A DNA stretch of 64,000 bases, taken from Picochlorum sp. SENEW3 (Eukaryota). Position 1 is the stretch's first letter, and every line of letters begins with the position of its first letter. The position numbers and the translations under genes were made by a program. The stretch lies in NCBI GenBank assembly GCA_034226945.1, contig CP120453.1, positions 1,240,001-1,304,000 on the forward strand. Reading direction: 5' to 3'. The notes below the pieces were generated by a model, which saw only the letters and a program-made list of their open reading frames with translations, was not told where the DNA came from and ran no database searches. Positions 1 through 11,383 of the stretch are shown here, in pieces.

Positions 1-1072
1 TCTGTTTTGGTTCTGGGCCGGGAAAACCGAAGGCTAGATATGATCCAAGGGGAGAGAAGGGCCAGACATTCGGTGTAGGGTTGAGCTCTGTGACTGGACC
101 ATCTGCATACAGGTAAACATATGGACCATATTGCCTGAACTCCTCATCGCGATTATCAAATCCCGCGTGTAACCTGAAAGATGATTCTCCAGATCCAGTA
201 GGTCCGTAGCCAATCTCCACGGCCACCTCAGTGGCTCGAGTACAGAAACTCGTGTCAGTAGAACAGTTTGAGTTTGGCGTCTGTAGGACCCATTCTTCAG
301 GGATGTACAAGCTTGCTGTGACGACCACTCCATTACCGACTGGTATGTGCTCATTATATGTGTATTTCATACCCTGCCAATTATATTTTGGCGCTGCAAG
401 GCTTTCATCGCCGAAGGACTCGACCCTTGAATTTGGTTGACCATTTGGCCCAGTGGTGGCTCTCAGTGTGGCAGACCTCGTAAAAAATGACGAAAGATAT
501 TCAAACTTGTCAGGAGGATACAAGTCGGTGTACCAGATATTCTCTTTGAAACTCCTTTGAGTAACTAATGGCATGGCTGTGTTGACAGAGGGATACCTGT
601 ATGTAATCAGTGGTGGTGGGACAAATCCTGTCATTCCAATGCTCGCCTCTCCGTCTGATTTTCTGGCTATGATCCGCGCATTTAGGCGTATTTGGCTCGA
701 TGATGTAGGTATATACTTCTTCATCAGTCGCAAATATCTCCCACTGGAAATTGAGACGAGTTCATACCGGTACCAAGTTGTCTCTGGAGGGTCGACTGCA
801 AGACAGATAATAATTCTTAGTCAACAGGCACCTTGACAGAAATTCTTCACAGGCGCATATGCCCCCGCACCTGTTACATTTGCTCCCCCCACGTTTTGAA
901 ATAACTCCCCCAGCTTTAGGCCCCTTGGCATTCGGAACAGCGCTTCTTTTCCCAGGTTCCACAGCAGGTCGTTGTACAACGCCACAGGGGGCGCTGACTG
1001 GACAGCATGTGGCCATTGAACGAGGCAAACGAGCAACAACTTTGCTGTCGCAATCGCTCTAACATAACCCAT
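1..1072 (-). CDS. Secreted protein of unknown function, 3' end runs off the window start
   Basis: Signal-peptide-like start (MGYVRAIATAKLLLVCLVQWPHAVQS) at 1072. Probable intron 870-796 (GTGCGG...TTGCAG), then a stop-free frame (VDPPETTWYRYEL...GFPGPEPKQ) to position 1 that the ORF track misses. Confidence 0.65.
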
Positions 1073-1289
1073 TATCAGATCATTAACTTACATATTTTGT
1101 AATGTGCGCCGTGGTATTACTGCGCAGATTGTAGCCGATGAAGACAGACGGTCACAATCACAGGGTGACTTTTGACCAGTCATAGATTGCACAGCTATCT
1201 GGGTCTGACTATGCAACATGTACATGTATTACATGCCAAAGATTAAATAAAATATAAAAAGACGTACACATGCTTCTCTGACTAAATAT

Positions 1290-3075
1290 TTATTCATCGT
1301 AGTCTTCCTCTGTGGCCTCATCAATTTCTTCGAGATCCACATCATCAGTGTAATCGTCGACGTCCGTGGAAGATGTTTTCATCTCCGGATCATCAATATC
1401 CAGGACATCACCCTCGTATCCAAAATATCTGACAATTTCACTAGCACTCTTGTAAGCCCGATCCTGCCAACCCTCGAGTGATCTGGCAGCAATGTTGATG
1501 CATTTAATGAAAAGCCTTGTTGCGGAATTATCACATCCAGGGGGCGGTCTTTTCGTTCGATTCAACGGGTAATGGTCCTACACAATATGTATGTCAAGTC
1601 AAAAGTCATGACGTGTGCCTGACAGCCTGAAACATAGAAGTAATCAACCGTACAATGTAATCCCTCTTATCAAAGTGCCATTTCCCTATGACTGCAGGGG
1701 TAAATGTACCCTCAGGATCAAAGTCATTGGAGTAGGTATAGTGAATCAGAGCCGCCCTTCTTCCATTTTTCCCATTCAACTCTTTATCCCACGGGGGCTG
1801 GGCCATGAATTCAGGGCGTAAATTGAATGCCTTGGGGCCTTCAGGAGTGACTGCAGCAGCAATGCTAAATGCATACCTGCACAACCCAAGCATATTAGTT
1901 CTACGTTCAAATACTGTTGTTAGAAAACAAAACCTACATTTCAGATGTCCATCCCCAGAGTTCAAATGCCTCTTTATCCTGCTTGAGGGCAAACGAAATG
2001 TTGAACCATTTGCTTGAGATTGGTCCCAACTGCTTTTTAGAAATCATCAATGGAGAGGGTCCTACATATACGCTCAGATGCCAGTGAGATTATGATTTGA
2101 GCATCATGTCTACAAGAAAAATGTTTTGAGAGGCGTGTAACCAAACGCACCGACTGGGAAAAATTGCTTCAGAGGGACATCTTTAGGGTTGTACTTTTGG
2201 ATAATTTTCGCATTTTTCTCCTCTGATGGTTTGATATAAAAGAAAGGATACGCAGATGGTCTGTTATATGTGGCCCACAATGGCGGTGCGCGAATAAGCA
2301 AGTGATCTGGCTCTGCCAGAAGCACAAAATGCTCCTTGATACTGGGCATGTACTCCTTGACCCATTGCAAGATTGCATAAGGTCGATTCAACATCACATA
2401 GCCCTGCACGTATTGACAGCCACGCATGAAATATTATTCTACAGGCCAAAACACATCAAGGCACGCACATCTGCGATCTTCTCAAGATCAGCTGGCAATG
2501 GTTTTACTATTACGGTTGGAATCTCATGCATCCAATCGTCAGGCTCTCCCGAGTGCAAGATTCGTGTGAATCCGCCCATATTTTTTGGCTTCTTTCCTTT
2601 AATACGAAGGTACCAGAAATAAAACTGCAGAGACAACATCGTCTCATTATAACACGCACTGCATCCTGATTGCATACCAAGTACAATTCACAACAACATA
2701 CCACCCTGGCTTGCCACTCATGATAAATCCTGCCATCACAGGGAAGAATCACGTGGTACTGTTTCTTCGGGGATACTTCTGGGAGATCCTTATTCACATA
2801 GTCTGCTGTTGCGGCGAGTTGCCGCGTATCTGATAACATACACAGACCACGGTTATTAGACCGGTGCTTGTAGAGCAAGGAAAACAGTATGACAAAAAGT
2901 CAGCAAACATACCTTTCACACCGCTAATATCATTTTTACTGGAGCCAAAAGAGAATAATTTCTCAAGCCCACCGTCATGACGAAGCGCAAACAACGTAAC
3001 AACTCCTAGAACTACAACTGAAAGATTCCTGCGCGAGCATAACGCCAGCCTCAAAGTCTGGCGCTTCTTTACCAT
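1290..3075 (-). CDS. HPAT: Hydroxyproline O-arabinosyltransferase-like (GT95), 6 introns
   Basis: Type II membrane anchor, then motifs YHEWQARV, GGFTRILHSGEPD, GYVMLNRPYA, LLAEPDH, WGWTSEMYAF, HYTY, WHFDKRDY, PPPGC, joined by GT-AG introns (e.g. 2912-2830, 2468-2404, 2150-2062). Confidence 0.9.
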
Positions 3076-3603
3076 TATAAAGATTTTATCTTTGAACAAT
3101 ACTCGGAGCAATTTAGGACAGAAGATTGCTACGCCATGGACAAAGCTCTGCCACAACTACCACGTGCTGTGTCACACGCGTATTCTCGATAGAGCTCGTT
3201 AGCTCGAAACATCGGTACACATATTGGTAAATTTGTACGTATAAAATGATCCCTCAATACCGACGTTGATGGCGTCCTCTTGACGTGGAAAGCCCAAGCG
3301 ATGCAGACTGCCCTTGACAACCTGTCAATGACAAGCAGCGTGTGGTGCATCTCGAGGGTCCTTTGAACACTCTTGATTCGAAGCAAGGTGTCCTTTTTCT
3401 GAGAAGCGACACTTTAGTATATCTATTGATGGGCCAGTATGTTTACAAGGAGTCAAAAGCGTACATTTGATACACGTAGTGCATGTTTCCACGCATGACA
3501 CAGAATACCAAACAAACCAGAGTGTTTGTTCTGTTTCAGAGCAACCCCTTCACAAAGCAAAGCCACGCACACACAGAAAAAAAGAGCAGCAGCACTGTCT
3601 TCA

Positions 3604-4083
3604 TCATATCAACAGCAAAACTGAACCAATACCAGCCCACACAGCAAGCATGCTGCCACTGCTCTCTGAGATGACGTCAGTTGTCGACGTCCCGCCAGCA
3701 GGGGTGGTGCTCTGTGCAGACGCTGCAACAGCAGCCAATACAGTATCAGTTGGCTCCAGCTTTTTCCCGTCCTGATAAAATGTACACTGAACAATCCCAC
3801 CGGACGGGCATCCCATGCACGTGCAGGAATTCTGCAAGGTTGATATGGCCACCACAGTGGTGAATATCACTGGTGAATATGACTGAGAGATGCACCCAGC
3901 AGGGCACTCAAATGTCAACGGAGGACCTGAAAAGGACGGTGTTGAGCCCCCAATGGTGACCCCATTCTCATCAATCGTCACGCCACTATTAATCACGGAA
4001 CCAGCGTCAATATCCTGTCCATAACACACGCCTGCAAGAATGGATACCAGCAGAATCACAGCATACGAGTTGTATGACGCCAT
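3604..4083 (-). CDS. Small secreted, probably GPI-anchored Cys/Ser/Thr-rich protein
   Basis: N-terminal signal peptide, Cys-containing core (CPAGC, CTCMGC, C), S/T-rich stalk and hydrophobic C-terminus (SSGSMLAVWAGIGSVLLLI). Confidence 0.7.
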   Translation of the reverse strand: MASYNSYAVILLVSILAGVCYGQDIDAGSVINSGVTIDENGVTIGGSTPSFSGPPLTFECPAGCISQSYSPVIFTTVVAISTLQNSCTCMGCPSGGIVQCTFYQDGKKLEPTDTVLAAVAASAQSTTPAGGTSTTDVISESSGSMLAVWAGIGSVLLLI

Positions 4084-4457
4084 CGTAATAAAAGCCAAAA
4101 AGAATATTCTTTCGTTTGCTGCGCAGTGTATGCCGATGAGAAAAATACCACGCGGTTGGAATAAGCTCCGTCAAGAGTTGTCTGTGGGTTTCCAGAAACG
4201 AACGTTGTAATGCAGAGAGGTGAACAGATTCTTGCAAAAGAATTTGAAGACATAGATATGTGTATGTCTGTAACTTTCCTTGACCACATCTTTCATAGCA
4301 GAAGATTGTCTCAATCACCCAATGATTTGGTGGCTAGCCTTCCGGAATTCGTCAGGGCGCCTTGCAAGGCATCAATTGATGACCTGCTGATTGAACGTAG
4401 ACATAGAGCACATGAATCTTCAAATACGAAAAACAAAAAAACATTACTGTTCTGACG

Positions 4458-6076
4458 ATGCTGCAGAGGATTCATGGCAGCAAGTGCTATACTCCTTTGT
4501 CTCGTTGTCACACAAGCTCTCTCCCAGCCAAGAAGAGCAATACCAGAGTCGTTGCCCAGTCCCACAATACAGGAATCAGTCCAATTCCCAAGTCATCATT
4601 ATCTGATATAGAAAAATTCTGTACAGAGACATGGTCTGATTGGGGTGCAGGTCAATTTCGTCGGGTTCAGACCACATCTGGCAGACGTCTGCATGTCGTC
4701 GACAATGTCCCTCATCCAGATGAATGCTCTGAGATTCTTTGGAGGATTGTTCAGGCTGAAAAAGCATTTAAAAATACAAAGCGATGTCAATTATACAATA
4801 ATGCGCTTGTGAATGGGGCGGTGGAGGGGTTGAAGGTGTCCTTGCCTCGACTGCCTGGATCATTCTCAGAAAAAACAACAGCACATGGAGATTTGCTCGA
4901 TATGATTCGTATCCACGATGAGGAGGAGGAGGACGCATTGTCTTTAGAGTATGTTCCGAGAACCATGCTGTCGATGGCATTTCTGGGGTGCCATCTGGCG
5001 TGGGAGGAGCAGATGGACAGCTTGTGTCAGAAAATGTCACTCACACCTTGTTCTTCCTGGCAATCACTGAGACAGGCATGTGTGCTTATCATGGTATCAC
5101 AGCACTCTATCCATCTCAGATATTAACCACAACATATAGTGTATATGATATGCAGGTCGATGATTGTCTCAGGGCGCTTCGAATAAGCAGGCATAAATGC
5201 CACCATACCTTGCATCATCTTGACAGGCAGGCAGGACTCTTCTTGCTGCAAGAGGAGCACAGTTCCTTTTCAGCACCAGACCAACTGCTCCGCATGCTGA
5301 TGCTGGGTGGAAATATTGCATACCATATCGTGTACCAGAGAGAAATACCACAGCATACATTGCAGGGCATACTCGCGTGTCTCACTCGGCTATCCCATGA
5401 AGGCGTTGGCGAGGATGATGACCCAGCAAGGATGGTCAAATGCCTGGCCATTGTCGGGGCATCGGTTGCATTCACAGACTGCTTCTTGCAGGACAATCAC
5501 ATCGATCTACATCTCGATACAACTATTCATAGGATTGCTCGGGAAATTGTACGCCAGCTTGCCATGCTGCACATCTCCACATCCCAAAAAGGGATGGATG
5601 CCTCCACCACAATGACCCTTCATGGACTGTTCCCATTCCTGGCATGGGTGATAGTGATATTGTCACCCAATCTAAACCTGCCAGAGGACGAGCACCGTTG
5701 TATACATGATATGTTTGAGCAGTCTATACGTGTGAGAGAATCAATGAGAGGCAAACACACTGTCTCGGCAGCCCAAGCAGACATGTACAACACTATCAGA
5801 AACATGGGCATTGCCGCACAGGTGGAGCAGCACATTCAAGGCATCTCTGTTGACATTGTTCTTCCTGACCACAGCATTGCCATTGAAGTTGATGGACCAT
5901 CACACTTCTTTAGAAATGATTCCATGCTGCAGATTGGACATGGGGCATTTAAAAAAGTATTGCTCGATCGAATGGGATGGACACTTGTGATCATCTCTCT
6001 TCAGACGTGGGATGATGTAGTGGACAGGCGTGCTCAATCAGAATACATGAAATCACTCCTATCTATCGGAACATAA
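4458..6076 (+). CDS. RAP-domain organellar RNA-binding protein
   Basis: Two ORFs joined in frame by intron 5094-5155. C-terminal RAP motif VDIVLPDHSIAIEVDGPSHF...KKVLLDRMGWTLVIISLQTW; transit-peptide-like N-terminus. Confidence 0.8.
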
Positions 6077-6118
6077 AGTATTTAACTATTTAATGTTGCA
6101 TGTATATAGGCGGATGTG

Positions 6119-7462
6119 ATGCTGGCACATTGCCAAATTGGGGCAACGAGGCCCTCGGTTCCCCAGACGGTCCTGCGTCCTTGTACTACGTGTACGTGGA
6201 GGGATTGGAGCAGACAGATTGCCACATATGCTGTTACAGATACACATAACGATGCCCTTTCTAGCGTTTTAGAAGGCATTGGGGTGCGAGGGTCCCAGTC
6301 GGAACGAGTTCTTTCACAAGTACAAGAGTTGGGTGGCAGTTCTGGTGTCGATTTGGAGAATGCTGAAGCAATATTGCTTCTGATGGTTGATACAATGGAC
6401 ATTAAGGTAATAAATATTAAAGGTATCGTCATAGAATATCCCAGTATACTCCTACAGTCGCCAGAAACCCTGAAAGCAAAGTATGATACATTGCTCTCTG
6501 CTTGGCCATCCAAACGCCAATTGGCGGGGTCGATTGCTTCCTACCCCATGATATTTGATGACGATTTTCCAGAAAAGCTTCGAAAGTTTATGGATGCCAT
6601 GATGGATATTGGTTTCGATAAAGATGATGTGGCAAAGATGCTTACAAAAGAGCCAGGACTGGTGGTGATTCGAAAGTTTGAATTGCTTAATATTCTAAAG
6701 CGGTTTCGGGTGGATGTACGCGATCCGACCGAATTGAAGCCCATTTTAAAATTCTTCGGGAAGAATCCATCTGTGCTCTTTCCTATGAATTTCAAAAGAG
6801 TGTATGAACGTGTCGAGAAGCTTGAGAATGAGGGAGGAATGCCTTTTGAGACTGCTGTATCCGTGGTTTTACAGAATTCTAAAGTTCTCGATCGGTGCGA
6901 TCAGGATTTCAATTCAATACGTGACATTATATCTCATATACAGGGGTATGGTATTGATCATGCGGATGTGATGCGTATGCTCACACGGTACCCAGCCATT
7001 GTTACCATGGATGCAGAGAGGGTGCAGTCAACTCTGTCTCTTCTGAGCACCTTCAACATACCCAGCAAAGACATTGCTCAGTATCCGAGGGTCTTTTCTC
7101 ATGATCCATTCAAGGTCATTGGTCCTCGATTGTCGTATTTGTCAGAGTATTGTGTCGACAAGATTGGGAAACTTCGATTATCAACCATCCTGACAGCTGG
7201 TGACGCATCCTTCATTGCAAAATATGTCACCTGTATGCAAGGCTTTGAAAAAGCCAAGGAACAAAATACTCTTCAGAGTGACGTATCTACAGTACATCAG
7301 AAGAAGACATCTCACGGGGAGAAAGCAGAGCAGGAACGGGCATCGATGCCGCGAAGTACACCCCCAAAGCCACCTCAAAACCAGAAGAAACCACGGAAGA
7401 AATTCTGGAGAAGAAAATTGCAGCGACTCCCCAAGCAGGACGGGGACTCTTCCTCACGATGA
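6119..7462 (+). CDS. mTERF family protein (organellar)
   Basis: Repeated ~30-35 aa helical units containing YP/NP/EP (EYPSILL, SYPMIF, KEPGLV, KNPSVL, RYPAIV, QYPRVFSHDPFKVIGPRLSYL); transit-peptide-like N-terminus. Confidence 0.8.
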   Translation: MLAHCQIGATRPSVPQTVLRPCTTCTWRDWSRQIATYAVTDTHNDALSSVLEGIGVRGSQSERVLSQVQELGGSSGVDLENAEAILLLMVDTMDIKVINIKGIVIEYPSILLQSPETLKAKYDTLLSAWPSKRQLAGSIASYPMIFDDDFPEKLRKFMDAMMDIGFDKDDVAKMLTKEPGLVVIRKFELLNILKRFRVDVRDPTELKPILKFFGKNPSVLFPMNFKRVYERVEKLENEGGMPFETAVSVVLQNSKVLDRCDQDFNSIRDIISHIQGYGIDHADVMRMLTRYPAIVTMDAERVQSTLSLLSTFNIPSKDIAQYPRVFSHDPFKVIGPRLSYLSEYCVDKIGKLRLSTILTAGDASFIAKYVTCMQGFEKAKEQNTLQSDVSTVHQKKTSHGEKAEQERASMPRSTPPKPPQNQKKPRKKFWRRKLQRLPKQDGDSSSR

Positions 7463-7476
7463 ACACAAAATACATC

Positions 7477-7502
7477 TAGTAGTAGTAGTAGTAGTAGTAG
7501 TA
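7477..7502. repeat. (TAG)8 microsatellite
   Basis: Directly visible. Confidence 0.9.
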
Positions 7503-7688
7503 ATTGAGCAGAATGCATCGGGGCTATGTATATATATGAATCCTCCTAGACCCATTCATGATCATCCTATTTAGACTGTGTGTGTGTCGGTATTGCCTGA
7601 CCATGGTATATGCCCAGAAAGAAAAAAACCGTGTCGGACAGCGAATTGACAATTTTATTTAATATAGAAGAATATATAGTTTTTAAAA

Positions 7689-8798
7689 ATGACGACGTTG
7701 AGGAATTCGATAGGGGAGAGAATCCCAAAGACGTTGGAGACAGCGTCAACTCTGTTAGAGGAAACAGCTCCCGCTTCTAAGACACAGAGGCAAATTGAGA
7801 AGACTGTCAAGCCCCCATTTATATCTCGTTTAGCAATGTTATATTACTGCATATCTTTCGGTGGATTTACATGGATTTGGATTGGGGTTACTCGACTTTG
7901 TCTACGGTTTCCTCTCGTGGTCGTACCACTCGTGTTCTTGTACCTGCTCTACATTACTGGTCCTGGTTCTCAAGCATCTTGCGATGGATCTTGGACGCCG
8001 ACATGGAGGACATGGGGTATGTGGAAGGTCTGTAAATCATACTTTGCGCGAGCTGAGCTGATAAAGACTGCGGATCTGGATGGGTCCAAATCATATATTT
8101 TTGTCCATCACCCTCATGGTATCTTGGCATTTTCGGCCTGGCTCGCGTTTGGTACAGAGGCGCTGGGATTCTCAAAGTTATTCCCTGGTATAGATAATCG
8201 TGTAGTGACGTTGAATATCAACTTTCATGCTCCTCTTCTTCGGGAATACCTGCTGGCGCATGGGGTGTGTTCGGTTGCCAAGTCTTCCTTGATCAACTTG
8301 CTCAACTTGGGGAAAAGTGTGACGCTGGTCGTCGGAGGAGGAAGCGAGTCACTGTTATCATCACCAGGAAAATACGAATTGGTGCTGAATAGACGGAAAG
8401 GATTTGTGAAAGTAGCTCTAGAGACTGGTGCCTCTCTGGTACCAGTGATTGGATTTGGCGAGACTGAGACCTATAGAACCGTCAATCAATTCGCTCACGA
8501 CAATATTATCCGAAAGATACAGAGAAAGATAGAAAAGAGACTAGGATTTACATTACCAATTGTTCTAGGCAGAGGTGTCCTGTTCAGTTTTGGACTGTTG
8601 CCGTATCCAGTTCCATTGCACATTGTGACTGGACCACCTGTTCATGTCCCCAAATTTGAAGGCGATGTGACCTCGGCAGTTTTTAGAGCACAGGTAGACA
8701 AATACCATGGTATATATAAAAAAGCGCTATTTGACTTGTTCGAGTCGAATAAAGAAAAGTATGCAAAGGACGCTGCAGACATGGTCATCATTGAATAG
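7689..8798 (+). CDS. DGAT2: Diacylglycerol O-acyltransferase type 2
   Basis: YF, HPHG, GGGSE and RKGFVKVALETGASLVPVIGFGE motifs; N-terminal TM segments. Confidence 0.92.
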   Translation: MTTLRNSIGERIPKTLETASTLLEETAPASKTQRQIEKTVKPPFISRLAMLYYCISFGGFTWIWIGVTRLCLRFPLVVVPLVFLYLLYITGPGSQASCDGSWTPTWRTWGMWKVCKSYFARAELIKTADLDGSKSYIFVHHPHGILAFSAWLAFGTEALGFSKLFPGIDNRVVTLNINFHAPLLREYLLAHGVCSVAKSSLINLLNLGKSVTLVVGGGSESLLSSPGKYELVLNRRKGFVKVALETGASLVPVIGFGETETYRTVNQFAHDNIIRKIQRKIEKRLGFTLPIVLGRGVLFSFGLLPYPVPLHIVTGPPVHVPKFEGDVTSAVFRAQVDKYHGIYKKALFDLFESNKEKYAKDAADMVIIE

Positions 8799-8877
8799 GT
8801 GTTGCGTTTCTGCAGAGACGGTGTTCTATTTTTTTCTTCGTCGTCATGTACACAATTTTGAGTAGACAGTATCAAAT

Positions 8878-10026
8878 TCACATATGATGCTCGTCTTTTA
8901 GGTGCAATGCTGTATCAGATGCCCTCATAGCCTGTGCTCCCGACAGTTCATACACATCACATTCATCCAAGTACTTGAAAAAGCAGACAATACAGGATAT
9001 ATTATCAAACGATCCCTTGTCATACGCCATTTGAATCAGACTATGTGCAGCTTCTTGTGGATCTGTATGTTTGAGCGCCTCATCCACAGCCTCTTGATTT
9101 GTGAAAACATCCCACAGCCCATCACTTGCCACAATCAAACAATTGCTCTTCACATGAAGCCTGTCTTGTCTGATCTCTGGATGTGCGACAATAAATCGTT
9201 TCAATAAACGATTTCCGAAACTTCTAGATACTGCTAAGACACCTCCTACTCGCCATGTACCGGCATGAATTACCGTTCCACCGACATCTTCTATGCGCTG
9301 GCGTTCATCAACCCTGTTAGGCTTGTGGTCCTCTGTCAGCACGACCGCCTTTTTATCCTCGGATAAAACTGCTCTAGAGTCACCAACATGGGCAACATAT
9401 AATTTATCTTTAATAATCAAGGCCGCCGTTGCCGTGCAACCATCATCATTCCTCTGTCTCTCATCCAATGTGGTATACACAGAATCTGTGCGGACAAAAC
9501 CATCCTCTGCATACAACAAAATCATCAAGTGAGATGGTAACATCATATGCAGCCACACAATGATTGACGCACCTAGAGCTTTAAATACGTCGTTTGGAAA
9601 GAAACTGCTCTGAAGAATATTCTGGAACAAGTTTTCTTGGACAAACTCTGACGCCTTTGGACCCCCATGCCCATCAAATACGCCAATACAACCGATTTCA
9701 CCGCACTCTGGACAATCATCTAGAGTAGCAAATCGACAATTCAGTGTATCTTCATTATAAGAGCGGCGACCACGCATCATAGCCCAACCAACGTCGACAA
9801 CGCCATCGGTTCTGCAAAACAACGCAACATATTTGTTGACGAGATGATATTCCGCAACCACAGAGCCACCTGTTCAATTATAAATACCATACCGTGTCAA
9901 TCTACCGGATTCAAACCCTTGGTCATCGATCGAATAACTGGAATTAGTGCCAGCAAGATGAGAAGTGCGCAAAGGCGACTTGTTCTTTCTTTTACCAAAC
10001 CAGCTCTTGAAAATACTAAATACCAT
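8878..10026 (-). CDS. Protein phosphatase 2C
   Basis: RGRRSYNED, VFDGHGG, VGDSRAV, DHKP, GVLAVSRSFG, ASDGLWD, GSFDNI; introns 9892-9812 and 9572-9507. Confidence 0.92.
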
Positions 10027-10195
10027 GACTATTTTTTTTACTACTTTAATGGTATAAACAAACACTGCGTGCCTCCAAGCATCTTTCACATGGAATTTGT
10101 CTTCTACATTCCTGTGCTTTCTGAGAATGTCATCTATTCATCTTTTAAAGATTCATCATCATCACATGAATATCGTATACTGATGAGTCAATCAA

Positions 10196-11008
10196 TCACC
10201 CTTCTCCCTCTGGGTGTAACAGTGGCGACACGGTATCCTGAACGGCTTGAGTGCCTTGTCGAAGTGCTGTCGAGTCCATGCCATATTTTGCACGGGCTCT
10301 ATCGTTCCATCCAGATTTGGCACCAGATCCATAGGATTGCTGGGCAGCCACACCCAGAAATCGATTCACTTCTTGTTGACGCTCTTCAACGCCAATCAAC
10401 CAATCTTCATATGCCTGTTGGTAAATAGATTGGAGCCAAAATGTGAGTAACAGGCCCAGAAATTCTATGCATAATAGAGCAATGCAGACAAGCTTGGCAA
10501 TCCTCTGGTGTGTTGATATATACTCTGAAAACACAGTCCACCATCCGGACGGGTCGTATGGGAGATTATGCTTCCAGGAAAATACATCTGTGAAGAGAAA
10601 TAAGATTACAACGCCCTGAATCAGCATCATCCCAATCAGACTGGTGATGCTCGCAGACACAAGCCTGATGGAATCTCTGCTGACTGCGAGATATCCCAAC
10701 AAGGCACTGACACACATGATGCCGCCAAAGCTAGCCAGTATATAGAGAGACCATGCAATGTCAGCATGATGCTCTTCCTCTGGAGGCACATACCCTGTCC
10801 TATGATAGTGGACAAACAGTATGGCAGCATACGCTGCAATACTGCATCCCACAAGTCCTGATGCTGCATGGAACACATTCAACGAGCCCTTCAGCGGCGA
10901 TACAACGAACGCATTCGCCGCAGATGACTGCTGAAACGAGTACCCTCTGTTTCCTTGCCCTAATGGAGCGTACGCTCCCATCTCCGCATCATATTGCGGC
11001 CCTCTCAT
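10196..11008 (-). CDS. Tetraspanin-like 4-TM protein (TOM2A/TET18-20 type)
   Basis: Four hydrophobic segments, luminal LPYDPSG, and C-terminal WNDRARAKYG resembling the plant TOM2A family. Confidence 0.7.
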   Translation of the reverse strand: MRGPQYDAEMGAYAPLGQGNRGYSFQQSSAANAFVVSPLKGSLNVFHAASGLVGCSIAAYAAILFVHYHRTGYVPPEEEHHADIAWSLYILASFGGIMCVSALLGYLAVSRDSIRLVSASITSLIGMMLIQGVVILFLFTDVFSWKHNLPYDPSGWWTVFSEYISTHQRIAKLVCIALLCIEFLGLLLTFWLQSIYQQAYEDWLIGVEERQQEVNRFLGVAAQQSYGSGAKSGWNDRARAKYGMDSTALRQGTQAVQDTVSPLLHPEGEG

Positions 11009-11026
11009 GCTATGCGTGATGCAGTA

Positions 11027-11383
11027 TCAGAAAAATCTCCGTGCACTCACCCTATGTGATACGACCAATATCCTCTGAGCCGACACTGCTTTCGCCTTTT
11101 GCTGCTTACGACCTCTCCCCTTTTTCTTATTTTTCTTCCCTGTCGTCGCCGTGGCACCCAAATCGTCCAACGATGAAGACACGGGTCTTCCTTTTGAACT
11201 CACAGACTCTGCAGCACTGCCAGTCTTCCTCGCTGAAGCCTCCCGATAATCGTCTCTCAACAACTCTGGATCGCTTTGATACTTATCTCGTATTTCTAAG
11301 AAACTCACAACGGCAAATGTCCCGTACGCAAGAGCAATTAATCCCAACGCATTCAGGACCACGTCAAACAGGATACTACTCAT
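11027..11383 (-). CDS. Small single-TM protein with Lys-rich tail; 3' end uncertain
   Basis: MSSILFDVVLNALGLIALAYGTFAVVSFL hydrophobic segment, then a basic tail. A GTGAGT donor at 11050 may alter the C-terminus. Confidence 0.55.
   Translation of the reverse strand: MSSILFDVVLNALGLIALAYGTFAVVSFLEIRDKYQSDPELLRDDYREASARKTGSAAESVSSKGRPVSSSLDDLGATATTGKKNKKKGRGRKQQKAKAVSAQRILVVSHRVSARRFF

Noticed and set aside
796..831. Apparent 36-nt intron, or in-frame TGA after Cys read as selenocysteine
   Set aside because: A same-phase GTGCGG donor at 870 gives an ordinary 75-nt intron that removes the TGA.
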